Below are positions 27,231 through 37,529 of a DNA stretch of 64,000 nucleotides, piece after piece. This DNA comes from Azolla caroliniana (lineage: Eukaryota; Plantae; Polypodiophyta): the NCBI GenBank assembly GCA_043228905.1, contig JBHGNT010000011.1:16802001-16866000 (forward strand), written 5' to 3'. The notes under the pieces are model-generated. The model saw only the letters and a list, made by a program, of their open reading frames with translations, was not told the origin of the DNA and did no database searches. The first letter of the stretch is position 1; every line of letters begins with the position of its first letter. A program made the position numbers and the translations under genes.

Positions 27231-28139
27231 CTCTGCAGTAGCGGTACATTTGCCGGTTAAGTGTGGGGAAATTTAGAACTTACCTCACGTTGTTCTAGCT
27301 AGCTTACCTAACTAACCTAGAACCAAGGTCTACGGGGCTCAGATCAAGTTCTACCCTATTGTTGGTGGGATGAGTAGGAGTAAATTCAAGCCACTCCTAA
27401 ACCTGCTTCTGAATTCTAAGGAATGACCAATGCAAGCTCTAAACCAGACATCTAAATGATAACTATAGAAAAGATATAAACAGCAAACCAGCACTACTTG
27501 CTCAAGAATAATTTTGCCTTGTCCCTACTGCCACAATGTCAACAACAACTGTCGCCTGTTGTCTGATGGAATGGTGAAATTTGATGGACACAGATTGAAA
27601 TGACCTCTCATAATTTTTCCTTGAAATCAATTAAGAGGCAAGAGCACGAATATCAGGAACAAACACGAGAAAATGTCCAGGAGTGAATGAAACAAATGCA
27701 GAAAGAAAACAGCTACTAGTTTTTCCACAATGTATTGGTAGCAAAGAATGTATTGTACTTTAGAATTTTAAACCGTTGGGGTGCATTCACATGTACAAAC
27801 AGAAAATATGGAAGGTGAAAAAATGGCCTTTACACACAACCAATGTTTCCACAAACATGCATGAACCGGCGTTTCATCTGCTTCATTCAGGAAATCTATC
27901 AAAATCACATTCATTAGAGTGGCCCCTTTCATGCGCACTGCAAAACTGTCCAAGCTTAACTTTGTGATGTGACCAACTAATTCCTAAAGATCCATTTATC
28001 CATCAAGCTCCCATGAAGTACAAGGATTTTGCCAATCTGTTCAGGAGTTCCATTTCTGTAACCCACATAAACCTGCTCCTCCTGGAAGTCAGCACTACAT
28101 GAGATTTCGTCATGGATCCTTATCATCTCGACCATCCTC

Positions 28140-28350
28140 TCATACTACTACTCATTCACTTACTCATCTACTCACTGAACCTCTTACTCGTCTGAACATC
28201 TACATATCTTCTTGTCCAATCTTCCAACACCCATGACAATTTGATCTAATTGTCACATGTGTTGGAAGATCAGACAAGAAGATATATGGATGTGTGGATG
28301 AGGGGATTACCCAATGAGCAGAAGATTGGCGAAACAATGAGAAGAAGGCA
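28140..28350 (-). other. Long imperfect inverted repeat (hairpin): candidate pre-miRNA or decayed foldback element
   Basis: Arm 28196-28241 (acatctacatatcttcttgtccaatcttccaacacccatgacaatt) pairs with 28248-28293 around a 6-nt loop. Weaker pairing extends outward. Confidence 0.7.
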
Positions 28351-28734
28351 GCTGATATGGTGGACCAAGGGAATCGTACATCACTGGAACATTGGGTGAG
28401 GATGGGTGGATTAGAGTGGGAGGATTAAGGTAGGAGGAATAGGACCAGTGGAATCATATGAGTGAAATAGTATTTGAGAGCTTCTCCAACAGGATTGCAA
28501 ACACAATAATGTTTGCTTCCTCTGCTATCCTAACTACACTTGACAGCTAAATGTGCAGGAGTCCTCTTGCATGATCCAGAACCAACCTGAGAAACTTGGT
28601 TTTTGGCCTTGTTATCCTTCACTACGTGTTCATGTTTACACAATTGTGGCATTCTCAACCCCCCCCCCCAACCACATTTAATGCCCACCTACCCTCCTCC
28701 GTTCATCAAAAATTAATGATAAAAAAAGATAGTG

Positions 28735-28797
28735 TACCAGTTAGGATTTGAACCCTCCCCTTTTCCCCACAATGAATAGCCTTAACCACTTGGCTAT
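28735..28797 (-). mobile_element. tRNA-derived SINE head (Pol III A and B boxes)
   Basis: Minus strand reads TAGCCAAGTGG (A box), then ~30 nt, then GGTTCAAATCC (B box). No clean cloverleaf. Confidence 0.6.
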
Positions 28798-28878
28798 TTA
28801 CTGTTTTATTATTGTATTATCATTTTCATATATACATATTTACATCTTTGTGGCTGTCCACTTTTTTCACCTTTTTCT

Positions 28879-31800
28879 CTAACAATGGAGACAGAAAGTA
28901 CCTTTGTGGCTGTCACGATGGAGAATCCTATAATATGTACAATGTCTACCATCTTCTGAAGAGTATGGTGGCGCAAGAACATCGAGGACAGCACAAGATG
29001 TAACCGCAGTGAATGCATGTATGTTTCCTCCACTAGTAGGATACAGCACTGCTGATTCGCATGGCGCACTCATAACCCGGTCTACAGCCACCTTTGCCAA
29101 CCTGGCTGTTCGTATCATTACAATGTTATGACTTCACCTTCAGTCCTTACCCAATCAGCAATTTGGCACAAAATAACTTACGATTGGATATATCTGAATG
29201 GTCAACCCAATCATAGGCTTTCACATGCATTTTCCCATAAAGAAGTTTGCTCAATACAGTCATACCAGGATGATTGTGAAGTGGTATGACTGCTGACGGT
29301 GGCAAGCAGAAGATACCCATCTGCAAAACACACAAAAAAACATTTTTAATCAGGTCAGAAAATTTGCTTTACGAGCTGCATGAAACAATTTTCAGCATCT
29401 ACAAGTCTTCACTTACAGAGAAGTCTTCACATTCGTATATGTGAAGGTAAGATATTGGAGGAGAAACTTTGTCTTTTTTTCCATTGATTTTCCCAAGAAA
29501 TCCCGCATTTGTTATACGTTGCAAAGTTGAGACATCATCCAATCCAACATCAGCTGGCTTGATATTATCTGGCATGTAAACAAAATTTCATAAAATGTTT
29601 TATTGTTGACACCAGCCTGAGGAGCTTACAGAGTGTAGTAAATCTCCAGTTGTACCAGAAATTTAGCTTACTTTCACCATTAACTCTTCACAAATTATTA
29701 ACATACAAATTGATATGTCAGAAATAAATATGATGGCAAATCAATATGATTTCTAACTACCAGACAAACATATTGAATTATGTGTGGTCTATTAAGTTTC
29801 TTTAGATCAATGAATCCACACTCCATCAATTATGCATCGATGGCAAATATTAGTCTTATAAAATGTCATAATGGCTAACTTGTGCCAAACGCATTGAGGT
29901 GCAATACCATTATGTTGTGGCAAGTTATGGCTGGAAATAACAGCTTCGGTCTTGTCAATCTACAGGAATTTTCTCCCAAGGTGTTGAGACTAACTTTGGC
30001 CATTATGGTCTGATGGATGCCTTCATCAAATGTCTTGGGATAAAGATTTGGATATCAATTCTCTGTTGGACACATCCTATTGGTATAAGGGGAAATTACA
30101 CTCCATTAGTTAATTGCAACAACTAGCTGACTAGGGAATTAGGTAGAGGACATACCCCATATAGCATAGTCACATGTAAAGGGGTACAATTCCATGGACT
30201 GGTCTTTGTCAAGGCACAGAAATGAGAGTGGGGTGGGGAATAGAATGCATAGAATAGAAAAAACATAATCTTAAGATACATATATGTATGAGGCGAAGGT
30301 CTAAAAATGGCCAAGAAACAGCAAAGATAATTCATGAGGTGATCATACCCTTTGCAGGACACGAAAGAGGGTTGGGTGGGGTGGGAGAGGAACATATATA
30401 GAATGGAATCAAGAAATGGTTGCAAACAGTTCAGACCAGGACATCCTCATTGGACAGTACACATTACCACCGGCAGATGAGAGACTTTTTGGGATGCTTC
30501 CGGAGATTGTTGAAGACTATGACTACTGTAATTAAGCAATATATTCCATCATGTCATCTACATGATAGTTCTCCTCCAATCAGTATAAGTGGCATTGTTT
30601 CTAAAATAACGTATGCAAATTATGCAAGTGGCATTGTTTTTTCCATGCCATAGTTGCTAAGTTTTTTCAAATGGATATGTCTTGTGAGAGATCATAGTGT
30701 TGTCTTTAGTAGGTTGTCTGGTTTTGAACCGCCATCATATAGTACAAGTGCATATAGTCCAAGCCAATATCAAAATCCAAAACTAGAGAAATTTTACAAT
30801 AACCATCAAGTAATTCATACTAACTTGTGTTGTCAAAAACCTCGTGGTGTTCATAGAGATAAGAGATTTACTGATCTTTCCAGAAATACTACAGAATTGT
30901 GTTCTTTTGATGCCCATTCTAGCAGATGATCTAAAGAAAAAAATGTCAATTGATGAAGTCCTTCAATGTAATCAGAGTAACAAAAACGTATACATACTTT
31001 TGATCTCACCAGTATGAAATCGATAGTATTCAACAAATATTGGAAAAAAAAAAACAATATAAGGACAATCAAAAGATACAGCAGTGCTTGCTGACCATAA
31101 AATATAATTCTCACATAATTTTGTGCAACGTCTCATAAATCCCCTTCTGCAGATACTTTATCTTGTTGAGTAAGTATATAAACACAGGAGTACTCAACAT
31201 GTGACTTTCGTATTCCTTGATGTTAGTTCTCATCATCTATGAAATCCAATCCTAGTAGTGCAACATTTTTTAATCTTGTGTGAAGAGAGTTATCATGCTG
31301 AAAGATTTCTCATGTTGACAGCTGCTTATAGTTTCATGAAGCTTCAAATAGTAAAACTCTACATAAAAATGATTCAATACAGAATTCTATTAGTCAGTAA
31401 AACCATGAAATTGCACTCAGGAAAAAATCTACATCAATCAATTGAATTCCGAGAAGCATTATGCATTGAAACTATCAATTTAGATATAAGACATGTTTGT
31501 TTTACCAGATTACAAATTCAGACAAAAAATCAATCAAACTATAACACATATCAATCCATTGAATCCCAATAGCCAAAAATCTATTGAAATTTGAAAACTT
31601 ACATATTTAACACATTTCATAATTGATATAAAAATCCAGGAAAGAGAGGACAAATGCTCCCAACGCTGATACTAATCCAAGAAATCTACTAAAGAAAATG
31701 TTGCCGACATTGACAGAAACCCAAATATAGCCACAAATCATACAAATTCCAGAACAAAATACAAATGTTACCACGATTCATACAAATCAAACAAATTTCA

Positions 31801-32013
31801 CCATCAATTATAGTACAGAAACAGAATACTGCAAAGATTTATCCAAATTCACACCAGAAAACAAATGCATAGTTTTGAGATGTAGAGAGAAATACCTAAC
31901 AAAGAGCGAACTCTGACCAGACCTTGGGCAGAGAAGGGACCTCTGATGTTCTGTGTAAATGTCGCCTTGCAAGCATCGTATAGCCTCTGCACAGCCATGC
32001 TGCATTCGGACAT
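28879..32013 (-). CDS. PCO: Plant cysteine oxidase (PCO/ADO thiol dioxygenase); exons 1-4 clear, terminal exon not identified
   Basis: [12 protein letters not shown]; [10 protein letters not shown]; [15 protein letters not shown]|[39 protein letters not shown]; [41 protein letters not shown]. The three iron-binding His residues are intact. Approximate exons: 32013-31896, 29568-29417, 29320-29181, 29105-28901. Read-through stop at 28879. In-frame upstream ATGs at 32043 and 32064. Confidence 0.9.
30650..31120 (-). mobile_element. Possible highly decayed LINE reverse transcriptase fragment in PCO intron 1
   Basis: [18 protein letters not shown] resembles the LINE RT segment (..LEWA.ES.Q..VFLKLDF) that precedes KAYD. 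Confidence 0.35.
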
Positions 32014-32333
32014 ATCATCCACAGTAAAGCATCTGTCTGTCATAAATAGATATTCTACACACATAAGCAGAAGAAGAAGAAGAAGAAGAAGAAGAAAGCT
32101 CCCCCAATATGTGAGGTTCCGTTTTACCTATTGTGAGGCGCTAGTGAGATGTATAGGACCGATTCGTCGATGGCGATGGAGGATGATGATAATCAGTGTC
32201 TGGAGGTCCGATTAGGGTTTCTGCGGGCGAATCGGGCCTCCGGGAGCGGAAGAGAAATCTTCTTCTTCTGTAAATTATTATACATTTAGTTTTTTTGTCG
32301 ATTTTTGTTCTTCCATTTTGTGTCTGTGTGGTT

Positions 32334-32364
<31 letters not shown>

Positions 32365-32805
32365 CTTTTTATTTCCATTGATAATAGTGTTGTTCTTTTT
32401 CATGTATATATATGTATATATGTACATAATAATACATGTGGTGTTTGTTAAACATGTAGATATATATACATATGTATGTATGTTATGTTCCATAAGATTC
32501 CATAAATAGGAGGAGGAGGAGGATATGCTCGCTCACTACGAGCACCTTTCGTGGAGGCCTTGCCCCAGCCGGACGATAATCCGTTTCACACTAACCCTAT
32601 ATGTGGGACACAATCGAACCTTCTATTCCTCTCAATCTTAGGACTTTGATGATGTTACGTAAACCAACGAAATGCCCCAACTCCCCCCCCCCCCCCTAAA
32701 GATAAAAGATTGTTGTTGATACGCTTTTATGTTTTTTGCCCCTTCACTATGCAATTGGTAGTTGATCCTTCGTGTGTATACCATGTTAGGTGCCATTCTT
32801 CCTAC

Positions 32806-33010
32806 GAGTTGAATAGGACAAAAGTCTCACCCAATCAAAGATTACTCTCAATCAATTGATTAAAATACATGTGTATTGTTGTTGGGTATGACACATACAA
32901 GTTGAATAGGGCAAAAGCCTTGACAAAATAAAGATTGATATAAACCTATTGATTAAATACGAGTGTATTGTTGGGTATGATATGTGTGAGTTGAATAGGG
33001 CATAGCCTCA
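32806..33010. repeat. Tandem repeat, ~90-bp period, ~2.2 copies
   Basis: gttgaatagg recurs at ~32808, 32901 and 32990 with a conserved attgattaaa..tac..gtgtattgttg block. Confidence 0.8.
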
Positions 33011-33061
33011 ACCCATTGGGGCAATGCTAGTGGATAAATATATATATATATATATATATAT

Positions 33062-34009
33062 ATTGTGTTGTGCATGTATTCCTTTGAGCCACCCTTTTTA
33101 GCCAAGCCAACCCAAATGGGTTTCGTTGTATCAACTATAAATTGATTAAGAAGTAAGAAGCTAAGTAGACTGGTTTTGATCTCTTATGTGCATTTCACGT
33201 ATTGGTGGAGATGCGAGATACCAGTCCCCCCACATCCAAGCATCCGCCTCTTCCGCTTCGTAGGTAGCATCGCCCTCGCCACCATCACCAACATTCTTGT
33301 TAGTCTCTTGTAGTATTATCTCTTCTATTAGCACCGCCTTAGTTCACTAGTTAGGCCTCCCAATATCCACCGTGACCTCCATCCAAGTCCTTTTTTGCAA
33401 TCACCATCTATACCTCTCTAGCACGCAAGCCCACTACACCTTCACCCGAGGCACTCTCACCTTCTTACACCACTTTTATGTCTTGCCCCACCAACTCTTC
33501 CCCCTCACCTTAGGTTGCCCACTAACTTCTTGTCCCACGAGTTTCTCCGATCTCCCTCCTACACGATAGCACTCCTGTCCCCCACCTCAGCCAAGTCCAG
33601 GTGGCCCTTAGTCCACGTGAGTGATTGATCTTTCTCTGCAAAATGATCTTTTCCCCGATCCCCCTTCGACACGATAGCCCTCCCGTCCCCCACCTCAGCC
33701 AAGTCTAGGTGGCTCTCGGTCCACAAGAGCGATTGAACTTTCGCCGCCATATGATATTTCCTCGATCCCCCTCCGACACGATAGCCCTCCTGTCCCCCAC
33801 CTCAACAAAGTCTAGGTGGCCCTCAGTCCGATGGGTTCAACCCCTACATTCCATAGTGGCATCTAGTGAAATAGAGATATATATGGTGTATATAATTGAG
33901 AGGTGAGGAAATTGGGTTTTGAACCCAAGATGCAGTGCTTGTAGTGCTATCAACTTACCAAAAGGGTGAGCTAAAAGGGTGGCACGAAGGAACACATGCA
34001 CACCACAAT
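33062..34009. mobile_element. Non-autonomous TIR element (~950 bp) flanked on both sides by (TA)n
   Basis: Left end attgtgttgtgcatgtattcctttgagccaccc(t)n-agc is the imperfect reverse complement of right end gctaaaagggtggcacgaaggaacacatgcacaccacaat. Both ends abut (TA)10-12. Confidence 0.8.
33556..33830. repeat. Internal GC-rich tandem repeat, ~107-108 bp, ~2.5 copies
   Basis: acacgatagc.ctcc.gtcccccacctca.c.aagtc.aggtggc at 33561, 33669 and 33776. Confidence 0.9.
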
Positions 34010-34223
34010 ATATATATATATATATATATACATGTTTAGCGTCCACCATTTACATTGATGCAATCTACGATGAAGGGCCTAGCCCATGGCGATGATTGGA
34101 CTTGGGTTTTCTCAAATTTATGACTTCAATGCTACGATACAAACCATCAAGCCTACAACTACACATATTTGGGAGAAAGGGGGGAGAGATTATCATGACT
34201 ATACGTTCATGGGGTATGCTAGT

Positions 34224-34497
34224 ATTTAGATCAATTTAATCAATTCTCAAATTGAACCAAGGAATTGTGGAACAACAAGACCGAAGTTGGAGCAAGAAAA
34301 GAGTGAGGTTGGACATATTTTGGGGAAGGCATGATTAGTGTTAATGACAAGAAAAAACCTTCTCAAATGTAAGGAAGAAAATTTAGATCAATTTCATCAA
34401 TTCTCAAATTGAACCAAGGAATTGTGGAACAACAAAACCGAAGTTGGAGCAAGAAAAGAGCAAGGTTGGACATATTTTGGGGAAGGCATGATTAGTG
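34224..34497. repeat. Direct duplication of ~117 bp, 157-bp period
   Basis: atttagatcaattt.atcaattctcaaattgaaccaaggaattgtgg...ggcatgattagtg at 34224 and 34381. Confidence 0.92.
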
Positions 34498-36659
34498 CCC
34501 AAAATGTAGCAGGTTTGTAGAGGCACTCAGGCCTTCTCCAAGAACATGGGGGCACATTCATTGAAGGATACCCTTATTCCTTTACTATTTGACATTGACT
34601 TCGAGTATTAGGATGTGCATGCATGTATGGACATTCAAAGGTTTGCCAAACTCGTTCATGTGTAAAATGACACAGGAGAAACATCACGTATCTCCCCAAA
34701 TGCCCATGATCAACATTGTCTCAAAAAATTATATGTTCCACTTGTCTCCATTTTCAACTCAATTACTTGTGCTCTATAAGAGAACTATATGAACAATAAT
34801 CATCCCCTTTAATATCTCTTTTGGACGGGCATGAAACAACACCCAAAAGAGGAAAAGGCTTGGTATGGGAACAAACATTTACACACCAACACCAACACAA
34901 GCTACTCATATCATTACATGCATGCATGCATACATACATACACTGAGCACGACATGTCTAACTGAGAGAGCAAGCGAGGGAATCGTGGGCATAGATAACG
35001 CAAGTCCCTTAGTTGAGGGTGTGTGCGATCTACATTGTCCAATGTGGATAAAAAAAAAGCACAAAAGTAAAAAAGTTGTCACCAGACACCCGACCTGTCA
35101 GTATTCAGACACACTACTCATAATTGTCAAACACCTTGTTCATAGATGTCACACACCCTTCTCATAAATGTTAGATAGCTGACTTAGAAGGGTTTAGGGT
35201 ATAAAAGCAAGTGCTTGTCGATTTTTCCTCAATTTTCAAATCAATGATTGAGATATTTGGAGGTATTTTCAAATCATAGATTTTTCGACATTACGTTTAG
35301 CTTCGCCACCTACATTACAATCAATAACACCACTGGAAAAGGTATGTATTTTATTGTGGCCTAATTGTTTTTTCTATTTTTAGATGTGTGTTTTCCAACT
35401 CAGGTTTTTGTGTTTTTGGAATGGTGAAATGGGTTAGGTTCAATATTAAAATGTTGAAATGGATTGTTTAACTTTATTAAACTTGTTTAAATCTTAAAAT
35501 GAAATGTTAAAATGGGTGTAGGGTTTTTAGAATGAAAAGATGGGATGACAAAGTAAAAATGAATCAAGGTCATGTAAAGATTTGTATATGTCTCAAAGTT
35601 TTATGTTTTCATGATATGTAGTATCTTAATAACGTTAATATGGCTTTGTTAAAATGGGTTAAGGGTTTACATATTTCATTATATATTGCTTGTCAAGATG
35701 GTTGCGAAGTCCAAACACTTCGAAATGGAATATGTTGACTGGGGTGATGCATATCACTCTGAAGGGATGTATGTCACTTCCTCGTACTTACTTTTGTATA
35801 CCAATTATGCATGTGTGGTAACCCTTATTTTGTTTCTACATGGTTTTTGTTGGAAGGGGTCATAGAAAGGACACAATCGCGAAGATGAAGGCTCAAAATT
35901 GCATGGATACAACAATGTTGGACCCATGACAGTTTTCCGATTTTGGGATTTGTGATTATATAGCCACGACAGTTTTTGTAGATGGCACATATTGTAGTTG
36001 CTTCACTATTTATATGAATCAACCAATTTGTAGAGACCACATTTTGTATATGCCTTGGATTGTATATGATGGCCTCATTTTGTATACTCTTGATTATGTA
36101 TACGAATACAATCTTCTGCACATTCTATATATGAAAATACTCTTTGGCACATTTTCTATGTCATAAATATTTGGTGTGTATAGTAAACATGTATTGAAAG
36201 TTTTTATGTTGAGGTATTGGACTAGGAATTTAGATTAAATTTTTTTGTACATGAATATACTCTTTGGCACATGTTGTATATCATAAAGTTTTGTAGTGTA
36301 TATGAATGGATGACTGAGTTTTACCTAATGAAGATATTAATCATATGGTTGATTGAGTTTTACCCAATGTTTGTATCATATGGTATTAAAATACTACTTA
36401 TGGATTTATTCTTGTTTCATGTATTGGCCAATTGATGGTATCATATTGTATTGAAATACACACTCAAATCCGATTCATATGATTGTTGCATATGGAGAGA
36501 TTGAAGACAGTAAAAGCACTTTCCGTCTATGTGCACAAAAGGATCTAAGCATTTCGTCAACATGTACTGCATGACTCACACAGTCAGTGGTTGAAAATAT
36601 ACAATGGTGTTTTTCATAGCCAACACATAAAACAAGGTAGCACAGAACAACAAATGCAT

Positions 36660-36972
36660 CTTATAAAGAGTGTTACACAATATGAAAAAGCCAAGAATTT
36701 TTTTCTTATCACGACAATTCATCTATACTGTTAAGTATTTCTTCTATAATTCATCCCATTTGTTGATGGACATCATAAAGAACGTTACACGATATGTGCA
36801 AACAACCATGGATTTACTTCTTATCATGATAATTCATCTATATTGTTAAGTATTCTTTCTTATCCCGAAAATTCATCCCATTTGTTGATGGACCTTATAA
36901 AGAATGTTACACAATATGTGCAAAAAGCCAAGGATTTACTTCTTATCATGAAAATTCATCTATAGTATTAAG
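36660..36972. repeat. Tandem repeat, ~115-122 bp, ~2.7 copies
   Basis: ttcttatca.ga.aattcatctata recurs at ~36703, 36818 and 36940; aattcatcccatttgttgatggac occurs twice. Confidence 0.85.
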
Positions 36973-37529
36973 CGTAGATCAAACTCACCTATATGTATAT
37001 AATACCTACAAGCCCAAGGATAGAGCAAACTTATGAAATAGTTAAAAGTACAACTTTAGTATAATAAATTTCATAATGAAGATGGAATTTGGAAATTCTA
37101 CAACATTAGATGGAGAAACTCATTGCAACATTACTCCTTAACTATGGAATGCATAACTGATTTATTTATGGTCAATATGGGGTTGGGGGGGGGGGGGGTC
37201 CCATTTTGTCGATTCACTTTGTAAAAGCTTGTTACACGACATGTTCAAAATGTATATATATGGTACGGTACATGTTCAAACATCATCAATGTATGTATAT
37301 GTATTAAGTGTTAGAAGGTTAGATATTAAACATAGTGTGATTATATAGTTAGTTTGTAATTCGAAGATTTTAAGTATTAAGTATTAAGTGTAATTAGAGA
37401 GGCGCCATGGATATGTACATAACACATAGTGAGAGGTATATGTAATATGAGAGAGCTTATATAACTAACAAAATCAGAGACAGAGACAGAGACAGAGACA
37501 GTGACAGAGACAGAGACAGAGACTGGGCG

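Noticed and set aside
28735-28797. Possible tRNA gene
   Set aside because: A and B boxes are present but there is no convincing acceptor or anticodon stem, so it is treated as a SINE head.
33556-33830. CRISPR-like appearance of the 107-bp repeats
   Set aside because: Eukaryotic context, the inter-repeat parts are themselves homologous rather than unique spacers, and there are no cas genes.
34800-36650. Unclassified intergenic sequence with a short 120-bp-period duplication (36138 and 36258)
   Set aside because: Probably a TE relic, but I found no termini or coding motif.
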